A DNA stretch of 64,000 bases from Alphaproteobacteria bacterium (GCA_963665325.3 OZ224045.1:1184001-1248000), one strand, 5' to 3'. Numbered from the stretch's first letter, positions 1 through 10,254 are shown. Notes: a model not told the origin generated them from the sequence alone. Numbers and translations: made by a program.

Positions 1-719
1 CCGGAGGAGGAAAAGTGCGTGGTCCAAGAAGATACAAAGCATTTCAGCACCAGAGATGAACCACTCTGACCGACTAGGAAAGGACACAGACCGGTGAGAA
101 TAACACTCCCCACTGGGAAATCCAACCACGTTGCCCGCACAGGGTGCGCAGGCACTCACAATTCCTCCCACCACAACAGGATGTCCTAAAGCCGTATTGG
201 AGTCAAGCCGCAGGTCCGAACTGAGAATCGACAGTGAACGGGTATGACCACCACCGTACCAGTGCTCGACCAACGTCAGGGCTCATCCCCCATGCCGGTC
301 ACACTGCATCTTCCTTACCTGTCTCGTCATCGCCAGCTCCCCATGCATATTGCTCAATATTATTATTGACTCCGGCGTCGTACTCTGCCAGCCTCCTGTC
401 GTTCAGCACCAGAACTGAATCAGAGAATGACAGAATAGGAAAGGAAACCAACTATGCTGGTATAGCCAAGGTCAACCACTTACCGGTGGTGCTGACCTTC
501 ATTCGCGGAGCCTTGCCGATCGGGAGGTTCCGCGAACACTTGTCCACGAACTCCGAATTACCCGTCATGTCGACCGCCTCACCCGAGGCGGCAACCCTAT
601 ACTCAGAAACTACGACCATGGAGAAACACCATGACTGACTTCAAAATGCTAGCCTTACCTCTTTTCTGCCCCCTGACGTCGCCTGTCATTTGTATGACGA
701 GCTCACACCGAAGGAATAG

Positions 720-941
720 ATGGCGATGGCGTCATTAACAGTATATTGCCGCCAGTGCTTGAGAACTTGGTGTGCTGAGGCATTACCTGATATAATTCGC
801 CAATGCAACAGAGAACACTGCCCTCGACAGGCACCTGATAGCAAACAGTTTGATGCAAAGGCAGCGCTCTCTTTATTGGGTTCATTTGGCGCCCGAACAA
901 CGGGTTATAAGATGTCCGCTCTAATTCATTACCTCGAGTAA
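720..941 (+). CDS. small Cys-rich hypothetical protein
   Basis: 73-aa ORF with CRQC and C-x4-CP, preceded by AAGGA; no family recognised. Confidence 0.3.
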   Translation: MAMASLTVYCRQCLRTWCAEALPDIIRQCNREHCPRQAPDSKQFDAKAALSLLGSFGARTTGYKMSALIHYLE

Positions 942-985
942 CTACAATCGTATAGAAAACACCATAATCTCTTCGCCTTGACTAA

Positions 986-1417
986 CTCACCGTTGATCCC
1001 TTTTCATTTCCTGCAAAATGTCATTCAACTACCGACCATAATGAGACGCTGGATTCACGTCAACCTATTACAGACTTGGTCAATCCCAATATTGATGAAC
1101 AAGAACAAGCACCTTATGAATTCATAAGAACATTCACAGTGGGTGCGACTGGAGACGATGTAAAGATATTGCAGAGATATTTGAATAACTTTGGATTTAT
1201 CGTCTCAGAGGTAGGATGGGGCTCACCAGGAAATGAGAGCACGTACTTCGGAATCAAGACAAAGCGGGCACTTGCACAGTACCAAGCCCACTACCACGAA
1301 GACATCCTCCTACCACTTGGTTTGAGTTATGGAACAGGTTATTTTGGCAAGAGCACAATCGCACATATAAATGGAAAAATTGTTGAAAAGCAGCTGAGTA
1401 TGCTGTTGACCAAATAG
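986..1417 (+). pseudogene. 3' fragment of a surface protein with a C-terminal peptidoglycan-binding (PG_binding_1-like) domain
   Basis: FIRTFTVGATGDDVKILQRYLNNFGF..GSPGNESTYFGIKTKRALAQYQ..IL.PLGL..GTGYFG; the frame is open back to a stop at 983 through a linker-like stretch with no convincing start or RBS. Confidence 0.75.
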
Positions 1418-1480
1418 GGCATTTGGCGATTGAAAGTCGTTCCAGCAATTCCAACATACTGGCCATTCTTCCTTCCGATT

Positions 1481-2974
1481 TCAAAAATATCGTTCAAACA
1501 AGCACGATATTGGTTTTGGCACTTCAAAAGTTTGATTTGTAACTCGGTTTGGGAGGCCAGAAAAGACACTACCGCCTTTCTGAGCCTGACAAACCCAATC
1601 GTGTGGCTTGAAATAAGGAGTTTTCCCGATTACTGTCCGGTTCGAAAACGTGTTTTCAATCAGTATACGCTTTTCTGTGGGATCAAGTGTTTCGTATAGT
1701 AATGAAAGGCGTTTTGTGAGTTCGATAAAGTGTTTGAGATGATGGGAGAGGATGTTGGGATTTGGAAGCTGGTGGAGTTGTTCCTTTAGTTCTGTAAGTG
1801 TAGTTATCGTTTCATGTTTTTTTGTTAGATATGTTTGATTGTCAAGTGTTCCATCCACGAGTAGATCGGTGATACGTTCAAGTCGTTTCTCTTCTGCATG
1901 TATTCGTAGTTTCAAGGAGTGTTGTTGATGTTTCTGCTCAAGCTCGATACACGCGGCATTCCAGTTGCTTTCCATTTGGTCGCAAGCGTCCTTGGTAAAC
2001 TCGTACATTCGTAGTGCAGAAGTGATGTGTTCGTCCAAAACTTCTTCACGCAATGTCTTGGTCGGACAGTTGCGTCCATGACAGCGGTAATAAACATGTC
2101 CTTTCTGCAACTCGGGTGTCATAGGAAGTTTGCAAAGCCCGCAACGAAATAGACCACGAAACACATGGTGGTGCTTAGTCTTCTTGGGACCATACTTGCC
2201 AGCCTTGATGTCTTGTACTCGCTTGAACAGAGAAACGGGAATGATTGGTTCATGTATTCCTTGGTAAGTTTCACCGCATCCTCGCAAGAAAATGACTCCG
2301 GTATAGAAAGGGTTGCGAAGCATGGTCTCAATTCCACACATACTGAGAGGACGACCGTTCTGGTTTCTGAAGCCCTGCCGGTGTATCTCTTCGCGCAGAC
2401 TCCGTAGTGAGTGCTGGCCGGTGGCATACAACTCGAAGGCTTGTCTGACAAGCTGTGCTGTCGTCGGGCATGGTGTCTTCGCCTGTCCTTTCCCGTTGTC
2501 CAGATATCCCAAAGGTGCTCGGAAGGGATACAACCCCTGCTTTAGGCGGCCTCGGATACCCTTCCTGGTCTCCTCACGGAGGTTGCGGATATAGTCGGCG
2601 GCAATGACAGCGAGCATGTCAGCCGTGAGCCGTCCTCCCCGGGTAGTGAAGTCAAGACTTTCGGTCGCGACGTAGACGTCTATTCCCTGGTCGGGAAGCT
2701 CGGAGACAATCGACCAATCCTTGAGGTTCCTGGCGGAGCGGTCAATCTTGTGCATGATGAGACCTGTCGCCGCCCCCTTTCGCAGCTGTCGGAGCATGTT
2801 GTTGAAGACTGGCCTGCCGCTCTTTGCAGCAGTTTCTTTTTCTTCAAACCATTTCGTGACGTACAGCTCATTTTTTTGAGCAAAGGAGACAATAGCGTCC
2901 TTCTGCTCCTGCAAGGATACCCCCTCCCCTTGCTTCACTGTACTGACCCTAATGTATCCGTAACAAGTTTTCAT
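1481..2974 (-). CDS. large serine recombinase (resolvase, recombinase and Zn-ribbon domains)
   Basis: YIRVST catalytic motif, GRPVF, KIDRSARN, APLGY, LRNPFYTG, GIHEPII, CGLC/YYRC Zn ribbon, coiled coil. Confidence 0.95.
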   Translation of the reverse strand: MKTCYGYIRVSTVKQGEGVSLQEQKDAIVSFAQKNELYVTKWFEEKETAAKSGRPVFNNMLRQLRKGAATGLIMHKIDRSARNLKDWSIVSELPDQGIDVYVATESLDFTTRGGRLTADMLAVIAADYIRNLREETRKGIRGRLKQGLYPFRAPLGYLDNGKGQAKTPCPTTAQLVRQAFELYATGQHSLRSLREEIHRQGFRNQNGRPLSMCGIETMLRNPFYTGVIFLRGCGETYQGIHEPIIPVSLFKRVQDIKAGKYGPKKTKHHHVFRGLFRCGLCKLPMTPELQKGHVYYRCHGRNCPTKTLREEVLDEHITSALRMYEFTKDACDQMESNWNAACIELEQKHQQHSLKLRIHAEEKRLERITDLLVDGTLDNQTYLTKKHETITTLTELKEQLHQLPNPNILSHHLKHFIELTKRLSLLYETLDPTEKRILIENTFSNRTVIGKTPYFKPHDWVCQAQKGGSVFSGLPNRVTNQTFEVPKPISCLFERYF

Positions 2975-3176
2975 ATATACAAATGATTAGTCATGACATT
3001 TCGATTCTCGCGTACTTTCAGAAAATTGCAAGTGAGTATCATCGCTCCACGGGAAGGAGTCTTCTTTCAGCATGCGAAGAAATACCTGCCGACACAGGTG
3101 CAGATATCGTTCAAGCTGTTCGTCATGTTCCATGGACAGCACTTTCAATGCGGAAGGCGTAAAAAAAAAGTCCCCG

Positions 3177-4346
3177 TCACTCCCGTCCAGGGGGAGGCAA
3201 GGTAGTCATGGTGAATGGTCGGCTCGGCTCGCCGTCGATCATCATGCGGATGAAGGCGTGATGGTTGTGCAGGTTCACCAGGTCCCGCGCTTCGCCGTAG
3301 TCAAGCTGCGCGGCGAGGAGCGGTGCGTCAGAGGCGCCGACCCTGAAGCAAATCATGGTACCGACATTCCCCATGATTGAGGCAAGGACCGTATCGCGGT
3401 TCTGTTTCGTGTGTTGCTGACTGAGGACGACGCCGAGGCAATATTTTCTTGTCTCCGAGAGCAGGTCGGCAAGGGTCTCGGTCGTGAAGGAATGAAACTC
3501 GTCGACGTAGAGGAAGAAGGCACGCCGATTCCCCTCGGGCACGTCGTGTCGGGTGAACGCGGCGTTTGTCATCGCGGACACCAGCAATCCGCCGAGGACG
3601 TTGGTAATGTCGCCCCCGATACGTCCCTTGGCGAGATTGACGATGAGTGTCTGCCCTTCGTCCATGATCCTACGGAACCGCAGCGGTTCCTTCGGCTCGC
3701 AGAGTGCGGTACGGACCACGGGATGGGCGAGGAACGCTCCGAGCTTGTTGGCGATCGGGGCCAATCCGTCCGCTGCCTTCTTGTAGTTCATCGCCGGATA
3801 TTCCCTGATCCAGAACTGCTTGACCTGTGGGTCCGCGATATGAGCGATGGTCTGCTTCCTGAAGGCGCTGTCGAGGAAGAGGCGCAGAATATCGCGAAGG
3901 TCGGTGCTGGGGGTATCGAGCAGTGCCAGGATGGCGTGGCGCAGCAAGTGCTCCATGCGCACGCCCCAGGCATCCGTCCACTGCTTGCGCAAGGTTTCGA
4001 TCAATCCGGAGGCGATGAGCGGTCGGAGTGCTGGCGAGGTCCGCGTCAGCGGGTTGTAACCGTACGGGCTGTTTGGATCGGCAATATCCCATGAAATGGC
4101 AGTGTCGGCACAACGCTCGGAGAGAGCGTCAGCAAGATCGCCATGCGGATCGATGAGAGCGAACCCTGTCCCGTGTTCGGCGTCCTGCACCGCCATATTC
4201 AAAAGCAGGGTGGATTTCCCCGTGCCGGTCTGACCGATGATATAGGTGTGCATGAAGCGGTCGTGCTCCCGAAGACCGAACGGCACCATGCCCTGCCGGT
4301 CATTCGCCCGGCCGAGTATGAGAAGTGGGTTGTTTGCACTTGCCAT
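3177..4346 (-). CDS. VirD4/TrwB-like (HerA-FtsK superfamily) ATPase, type IV secretion DNA-binding domain protein, no TM anchor
   Basis: HTYIIGQTGTGKS Walker A, IDPHGD, LYVDEFH Walker B, SETRKY, NVGT.ICFRVG; start placed at MASANN (4346). Confidence 0.9.
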   Translation of the reverse strand: MASANNPLLILGRANDRQGMVPFGLREHDRFMHTYIIGQTGTGKSTLLLNMAVQDAEHGTGFALIDPHGDLADALSERCADTAISWDIADPNSPYGYNPLTRTSPALRPLIASGLIETLRKQWTDAWGVRMEHLLRHAILALLDTPSTDLRDILRLFLDSAFRKQTIAHIADPQVKQFWIREYPAMNYKKAADGLAPIANKLGAFLAHPVVRTALCEPKEPLRFRRIMDEGQTLIVNLAKGRIGGDITNVLGGLLVSAMTNAAFTRHDVPEGNRRAFFLYVDEFHSFTTETLADLLSETRKYCLGVVLSQQHTKQNRDTVLASIMGNVGTMICFRVGASDAPLLAAQLDYGEARDLVNLHNHHAFIRMMIDGEPSRPFTMTTLPPPGRE

Positions 4347-4797
4347 GGGGCAATGATGGCGTTTCGTCCTGCCGTGTACCACTCCCTGCCGTTCTCGATC
4401 ATCGCCATTCCCGAATATCGGGAATGGTCGGTACTTTGTTGCCGTCCCTTCGTTCTCCATTATGGATACAGAACCAAAGGAAGAAGGCCCAGGAAGTACT
4501 GAGGACGACGGACGTAGACATGTCTTACATATCGTGTTGTGGCAGTCGTGCCGGTCGTCATTGCTTTGGCGGTCATCTTGTTCGTTTTCGAGCCGGATAT
4601 ACCCGTTCTTCCCAAGGAGGATCGGTCGGCTCTGGATTGAGGCGTTCACGTCGATGAACCTGTCTCAGTCGGGGAGAGAGTAATCGCCGTTTGCGAGTCT
4701 CGTGCTCGGAGCAATGGGGTGAAAGGACGGCAGTCCTTTCGCGTCTCTTGTCTCCGGAGCGCGCTATATCTCCCACCTTACTCGCTACAGATATACC

Positions 4798-5154
4798 ATG
4801 CTCAAAGAATTTCTCTACGACCTGAAGTCCGCCAGAAAGCGTGCCGGTCTCACGCAATCCGATTGCGGCCACCTCGTCGGTGTCTCCAACAACGTCATCT
4901 CCCAGATTGAACTCGGACAGCGCCTTCCGACCGTGCGGGAGCTCTGCGCTCTCTCCGTCATTTACAATCAGCGCTTCGACAGTCTGTACACCGCCATTCT
5001 GCGCCGTGTATGCAGTGACGTTGCGGTAAAGCTCGCGTCATTGCCGGAAGCGCCCCACACTTGGCTCATCCGTCACGGACAGAGACGGACGCGGACGCTT
5101 GCTCGGCTGACGAAGACCTTACAAGCCGATTCCCTTAAGACGATATGCGGGTAG
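4798..5154 (+). CDS. XRE-family helix-turn-helix regulator
   Basis: ARKRAGLTQSDCGHLVGVSNNVISQIELGQRLP. Confidence 0.9.
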   Translation: MLKEFLYDLKSARKRAGLTQSDCGHLVGVSNNVISQIELGQRLPTVRELCALSVIYNQRFDSLYTAILRRVCSDVAVKLASLPEAPHTWLIRHGQRRTRTLARLTKTLQADSLKTICG

Positions 5155-5636
5155 GCAGTCAGCGTGTGCTCTCCGTCGCCACACGCACCGAGCGGGTTGG
5201 CTGCGTCGTCATGGAAGATGGCGACCTGATGTTCTGGCAAGGAGCCGCGAACGCCGGCAGAGACCCGATGGAGGCTGGTGCCCGGCTTGCCCGCTGGGTC
5301 CGCGACTACCGCCCCGACATCATCGTCTCTCAGGACCCCAACGCGCCCGGCAGGAAGCACGGCACTCAGGTCGATATCCTCCGGGCATTTGCCCGTGTCG
5401 CGGGCGAAGCTGTGGCGGTCAACCTTGTCGTGCGACGCGAGCATCCCTTTGAAAATGTATATGTCGAAGCGCAACATCTGGCAGCGCAGTTTCCGGACTT
5501 GCAGGACATGACACCGGAGAAACCTCCGATCTGGCGCAAGGAACCATACCGTCTGGTGTTCTTCGAGGCCCTGGCGCTGGTGCGGGACGCGGGTCTGCTC
5601 GCGCCATTCTCGCAGATGCCCGAGGACGACCGGTAG
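5145..5636 (+). CDS. hypothetical protein, possible RNase H/RuvC-like fold
   Basis: RVLSVA..RVGCVVMEDGDLMFW...WVRDYRPDIIV pattern resembles RuvC N-terminal strands; overlaps the HTH gene stop. Confidence 0.6.
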   Translation: MRVGSQRVLSVATRTERVGCVVMEDGDLMFWQGAANAGRDPMEAGARLARWVRDYRPDIIVSQDPNAPGRKHGTQVDILRAFARVAGEAVAVNLVVRREHPFENVYVEAQHLAAQFPDLQDMTPEKPPIWRKEPYRLVFFEALALVRDAGLLAPFSQMPEDDR

Positions 5637-5784
5637 CCAACCGGTTCGTTTGATTGTTGCGTAGTGCCGTCGTGGCATCGACGTCTGTGCGCATGCGCTT
5701 GCGTGCCCGCCGGCGAGGCAATGGCGATATTGCCTTGCGCGCGGTCATGTGCTTGGCTCCATGTTGCAAACACGCCTTGGACTT

Positions 5785-6010
5785 CCCGCTCTGTCGGGTC
5801 GTCCGCTGAATAGAAGAGCCTGATACCCGGCAAGGGGTAGCTCCCCGCGCTTGGCGAATAAGCGGAAACCTCCTGATTCCAGGGTGTGTTTGCAACGGCC
5901 CGACGCCAGCCGGCGTCGAGCTACGCAACCGACTGGAGGAAGACCATGTTCAACCGCTTCGCCATTACCACCGCCATCGCCTTTGCGCTTGCCGCCTGTG
6001 GAGGCGGCGG
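5785..6010 (+). repeat. conserved structured leader plus signal-peptide coding region, copy 1
   Basis: Colinear with 12109-12334 (CCCGCTCTGTCGGGTCG..GCTGAATA..AGCCTGATACCC..GGGGTAGCTCCCC..GCAACGGCCCG..CAACCGACTGGAG..ATGTTCAACCGCTTC). Confidence 0.92.
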
Positions 6011-6848
6011 GTCGGGAGGCAGTCCGAAAACCACCATGAACGACGAGAGTAAGACCGGAAATACGCCCATGGCGGAAAGGCCAGCCCCGCAAGCCGTAAG
6101 GACCTTAGGTGAAAACGAACTGCTAATCGGCAGGGCTAGTAGGTCTCAGCATGTAGTGGGCTCGGAGTATATCAGAAAGCCGATTCCCGCTGGGGTTACG
6201 TGGGTAACGGCGACTGAATATCGCGTATACGATGTTGTCAATAGGAGTTACAGCCCTCAAGCAGCAGAGGAAGATGGACTGCTTAGCCAGTCCTTCTATT
6301 ACGGTCATTGGTCAGACAGAAATATGATGCTGTATTTCGGCGGTTGGCAATACGATCCGCTGACGATAAGGCGGATAGCTCGTTTCAACGTCAGCCTAGG
6401 GAATGATGAAATCATAGGGTCGGTTTCTGGCGTTCAGCCACTAACAAAATTTGCAGACAGTCCCCGCATCCAATCTCAGAAGATGGTGAATTACGGCGGG
6501 ACTCTTGTTGGTTTTACCACAAGCAACAAACAGCCTTTGGGAGCAGAAGTAAGCATCCAACTCAACTTAGGAAACGACGTGACAGGCACATTTGATCTCG
6601 CCGGGCTCTCCACAATTGAACGCGATGGCTCTCTGAAACCCTTTCTTGGGGGGAACCTCCACCATGACATTGCTGTCACCGGCAATACCTTCACTACAAC
6701 GGGCGGTGACCCTGGAACCGTAACAGGCTTCTTTGCCGGTGAGACTCACCAAGCCGCAGCAGGAACAGTCCAGCATTCCGCTTTCACCGGCGCTTTCGGT
6801 GCCGAACCTTTTGGCTCCTCGGAACCAACGGCGCGAGCGCCGAATTGA
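5946..6848 (+). CDS. surface lipoprotein with TbpB-like C-terminal beta-barrel
   Basis: RBS GGAGGA, MFNRF..ALAAC lipobox, Gly/Ser tether, C-terminal GFFAGETHQAAAGTV..GAFGA. Confidence 0.8.
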   Translation: MFNRFAITTAIAFALAACGGGGSGGSPKTTMNDESKTGNTPMAERPAPQAVRTLGENELLIGRASRSQHVVGSEYIRKPIPAGVTWVTATEYRVYDVVNRSYSPQAAEEDGLLSQSFYYGHWSDRNMMLYFGGWQYDPLTIRRIARFNVSLGNDEIIGSVSGVQPLTKFADSPRIQSQKMVNYGGTLVGFTTSNKQPLGAEVSIQLNLGNDVTGTFDLAGLSTIERDGSLKPFLGGNLHHDIAVTGNTFTTTGGDPGTVTGFFAGETHQAAAGTVQHSAFTGAFGAEPFGSSEPTARAPN

Positions 6849-7018
6849 CAGCCTCCGATAGTTATGGCGAGGCCATCAACGACACTCGTATTCGCAGCAC
6901 CGGTGGTGTCAGCGGAACGCTCCTCGCCCGCCTTTACGGAAACGACCATGAACAAATCGCAGGCTCAATCGAGCGTGAAGACCTCATAGCAGCGACTCCC
7001 GCTCAAGCCCAAGGGTAG
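6803..7018 (+). pseudogene. orphan C-terminal fragment of another TbpB-like lipoprotein (different frame)
   Basis: Translates ..GGVSGTLLARLYGNDHEQIAGSIEREDLIAA, matching the C-terminal barrel motif of both intact lipoproteins. Confidence 0.6.
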
Positions 7019-7061
7019 TCGCGTAAGCGAGCTAATGTCGCAAAGCAGCGTTCAGGGTTGG

Positions 7062-8024
7062 TCATACCCGACCGATCCTGAACGCCGACAATTCTGCCCT
7101 GAGCCAGTCGCCCTCCAGCAGATCAAGGTCGGGCATCGGTGGTGAGAATACCGTGCCGAATACCTCCCATGACCGAAACAGCATCCGCGAGCGCACCGAT
7201 GGTGCGTACTGCTCAACCAGCGGGAGGAGTTGTGCGAGGCGTGCTTCGTCGTTGACAACCGTCAAGACTAGCATCGGTGCACGGAGCCGGAGGTGGTCGC
7301 GGTAGCGGTTGCCTCCGAGATAGTTTTCATATTGCAAGAGCGAGCGCCGCCAGCTCTTTCTGTTGAAATTTGCCGACACGGCTGGTTCGGTTGCGCGATC
7401 GGCCTCAACAAGAAAGCAGCGATACCGACTGCCCTCGGGTGTCTTGTACTCCAGGCCGAAGAGCGCGTCGGGAACAAGGTCGATGCAACGCGTCTGCCCC
7501 TCGTCGTGGATATGCACCGGAGCGCGAAGCGCGACATCGGCGCGACCGAGAAGAAACGACTGCGAGAGGAACGCGAGGTCATCCCGTCCCCTCACCGCCG
7601 CTTCAATCGACGCGGTGATGCAGGCGACCATGCAGGCATGCAGCCACGGACCGTTCGTTGCCGGACGATGCAGATACCAGTACCCCGCGTCACTGAGCGC
7701 TTGCTCTGAGGCTGGCGTGAGATCGTAGACCAACTGCTTGTAGCGGCTGTCGAGCGTGCGGAACTGTTGTGGCGGCCGGGAGAGGTAGGCGCTGCCGTGC
7801 GGTGTGTTCTCCTCGTTGAAGAGATCCGTGAGTCGCTCTTTCGCGCGTTTCCCGCTTTTGTGCGTGTCCTTGGCGAGTGCCAGAAGAAACGACGATGGGA
7901 GCGGTCCATGCTCGTAGAGTTTTTGAAACCATAGAAGGTCGCGGTCCGTCGGTGTAACCCGCTTGCCGCTCGATATGCGATGCGCGCGCTTGCGCCGTCC
8001 GATGGCGTCGTGCTGTTCGCTCAT
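7062..8024 (-). CDS. replication-relaxation family protein (MOBC-like PD-(D/E)XK relaxase)
   Basis: N-terminal wHTH (TDRDLLWFQKLYEHGPL..RLTDLF), H in WLHACM, VPDALFG..FLVEADRATE..K..LLQY; start MSEQH directly after the upstream stop. Confidence 0.85.
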   Translation of the reverse strand: MSEQHDAIGRRKRAHRISSGKRVTPTDRDLLWFQKLYEHGPLPSSFLLALAKDTHKSGKRAKERLTDLFNEENTPHGSAYLSRPPQQFRTLDSRYKQLVYDLTPASEQALSDAGYWYLHRPATNGPWLHACMVACITASIEAAVRGRDDLAFLSQSFLLGRADVALRAPVHIHDEGQTRCIDLVPDALFGLEYKTPEGSRYRCFLVEADRATEPAVSANFNRKSWRRSLLQYENYLGGNRYRDHLRLRAPMLVLTVVNDEARLAQLLPLVEQYAPSVRSRMLFRSWEVFGTVFSPPMPDLDLLEGDWLRAELSAFRIGRV

Positions 8025-8025
8025 C

Positions 8026-10245
8026 TCAGAGCTCAAAGCCGGCGTCGGTCCCGCTCTCGTCTTGAGGACGCCGTTTGTTCGACCGGTTGCTCTTGCCAGT
8101 CGGTGTTTCCATGGACGGGGCCGGTGTCTCGTCCTGTCCGCCATTCCGGTGCCTGCGCCGCCTGCCTCGGCGCTGTTCTTGTCTCGGTTCGTCCTTCTGT
8201 TCAACCGTTTCGGAGGCCATTGGCCCTCGCGTTTGGAACTGCTGATCAATGACGGAGTGGTGCTCCGCGTAGCGCTTGCGCATGCTCGACCGCAGGCCGT
8301 CTCTCTCCTTCGGAGTCATTCTCGGTTGCCGTTCAAGCGCGCCGAGGGGGAACCGGAGCGGCACCGCCGTTCTTGTCGTGCCCCGCAGATGTGCGGCGAA
8401 GCAACCCTTGGGCTGTCGTTCAATGAAGTCCGGGTCGCAGGAGAGCATCGATGCAAGTGCGCGAGCGTCCTTGGCGGAGACGCCACCGGCGAACTTTATG
8501 GACGTATTGGCAGCGAAGGCGTCCTGCAAACGTGGCTCAAGCTGTCCGAGGTACTGGTGCGCCAGCACCATACCCACCTTGTACTTGCGCGCCTGGGCGA
8601 GGATGATGCCGATGTTGCGGTCGAAATAGTCGGCTGCCTCGTCGATATAGACAAATGTGGGCAGCCGTTCCCGTTCCGGCAGGGTCGCCCGCTCCTGTGC
8701 CGCTTGGGCGATGAGCGCGATAAAGAAGCGCCCGAATATCTCGGTGCCCTGTTCCTTGAGCAAATCCTTGGCGGTGTTGATGAGGATAACCTTGCCGGCG
8801 TTCATCTCGTTGAAGAGGTCGAGCTTCGAGCGTGGCGAAGAGAACATCCGATCGAAGGTCTGATTCTCGAGAATACCCCAGAGCCGGCGCAGTATCTGCT
8901 TTTTGGTCAGGTCGAACTCGCGCGAGGAAAATTCGGTCTCGAAGAAGTGCCGCGCGGAGCCCGTGAGCGTGGCAATGTGCTCGGCGAACTGCACATGGCC
9001 GTTTGGTTCCATAAGTTGACGGAGGGTATGGATGGTGGCGTTCGGCACCACGAGCATGAGTCGGGTGACGTAGCGGAATACCACATTCTGCTTCTGCGTC
9101 ATTTCGGCGGAAAGGAGCGACCCGAGCACGAAATCGTAGAGCTCCAGAATGGAATTAGTCAGTCGTTCTCGTTCAAGCGGCGCGTAGCCGGTAAGGCGGT
9201 CAAGGCCCGCGTCAAAGAGATTGAGCGATACCGGATACTCGACATCGCTCGGATCGATCAGCACGATTCGGTCGTGCAATGCTCCGCCAGGGGCAAACAC
9301 CGCGAGGCCGGCGATGGTCTCGATGAGGTCGCCCTGACTGTCGAGGACAATCACGGAGCGCTTCCCTGCCGCCACCGCCTCAAGGTCGCAGCCAACAAGG
9401 TACTGCAAGGTCTGGGTTTTGCCGTGTCCGCTGCCGGCAACGATATGGTGGTGCTCAAAGCGCGCGTCGGTCGGTAGCGGGAAGTCGATCTGCTGCGTGA
9501 AGAAATCAACAAGCGGCGTGCCACCAAGATAGGTGTCGAGAAGCTCCGCCGGATCGCTGAGTAACGATCTTGACGGTAGCTTCGGTGCACGGGAGAGTGC
9601 CTTCGCATTGTCGGGATTGCCTCCCGATGCGGCAATCGCGTTTCGCTCCAGACGACCGCGCAGCCGATTGCCTACGTCGGCGCGGACCAGCTCCTCGTCA
9701 AAGAATGCCGAGCAGGCGTTCTCCGTCATGGCGCCGGCACGGTCGAGATTGTTGACGAGATCGGTGGCGACGGTGATGTCCGTGTCGCTTGGCGCCTCCG
9801 CGAGGAGCGCAGGACAGGCGTGAAAGATCGGGGAGAGGAACCCCACGACCGCCTGTTGCAGCACCGCTCTCGCCTGCGGAAGGTTTCTGACAAGCGCGAG
9901 TTGGTAGTTGAGCGCGTCGCGCACTTCCCACCACTCAGCCACCGTGCGCTTCGTACACCAGTCGATGTCGGGAAGCCGGAACATAGATTCATAGTTGAAC
10001 AGTCGGGTTACCAGAATGGCGATCGGCTCAGCCTGGCGATGCTCGGCACTCAATCCGAAGGCGCTGAGCACATCGACGACAACATCCACAATGAGCCGGT
10101 CGCGCCCATGCGCTTCGATAAGGTCATGCTTTCTGAACAATCGACGCGCACGGTCTGCAAGCGCCCGTGCTTCATCCTCGTCATCGTACCAGAAGAGGCC
10201 ATGCGTGAAGGCGTGCCATCGGGGACCGAGGTGGAGGCGAAGCAT
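8026..10245 (-). CDS. type IV secretory system conjugative DNA transfer family (VirD4-like coupling) ATPase
   Basis: RFEHHHIVAGSGHGKT Walker A, DSQGD, YIDEAADY Walker B, QARKY, AHQYLGQL, ANTSIKFAGG. Confidence 0.9.
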   Translation of the reverse strand: MLRLHLGPRWHAFTHGLFWYDDEDEARALADRARRLFRKHDLIEAHGRDRLIVDVVVDVLSAFGLSAEHRQAEPIAILVTRLFNYESMFRLPDIDWCTKRTVAEWWEVRDALNYQLALVRNLPQARAVLQQAVVGFLSPIFHACPALLAEAPSDTDITVATDLVNNLDRAGAMTENACSAFFDEELVRADVGNRLRGRLERNAIAASGGNPDNAKALSRAPKLPSRSLLSDPAELLDTYLGGTPLVDFFTQQIDFPLPTDARFEHHHIVAGSGHGKTQTLQYLVGCDLEAVAAGKRSVIVLDSQGDLIETIAGLAVFAPGGALHDRIVLIDPSDVEYPVSLNLFDAGLDRLTGYAPLERERLTNSILELYDFVLGSLLSAEMTQKQNVVFRYVTRLMLVVPNATIHTLRQLMEPNGHVQFAEHIATLTGSARHFFETEFSSREFDLTKKQILRRLWGILENQTFDRMFSSPRSKLDLFNEMNAGKVILINTAKDLLKEQGTEIFGRFFIALIAQAAQERATLPERERLPTFVYIDEAADYFDRNIGIILAQARKYKVGMVLAHQYLGQLEPRLQDAFAANTSIKFAGGVSAKDARALASMLSCDPDFIERQPKGCFAAHLRGTTRTAVPLRFPLGALERQPRMTPKERDGLRSSMRKRYAEHHSVIDQQFQTRGPMASETVEQKDEPRQEQRRGRRRRHRNGGQDETPAPSMETPTGKSNRSNKRRPQDESGTDAGFEL

Positions 10246-10254
10246 CTGAATGCC

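Noticed and set aside
234-638. 134-aa ORF and nearby hairpins at ~507-531 and ~572-591
   Set aside because: No motif or RBS support; the hairpins have no assignable function
1529-1559. tRNA-like 3' end (..GGGAGGCCA) within the recombinase 3' end
   Set aside because: Spacing from the putative T-loop to CCA does not fit tRNA geometry
5785-5945. TPP riboswitch assignment for the lipoprotein leader
   Set aside because: Has CTGA and CCTGAT-like words but lacks the CTGAGA..ATACCC..GAACCTGA order; left unassigned
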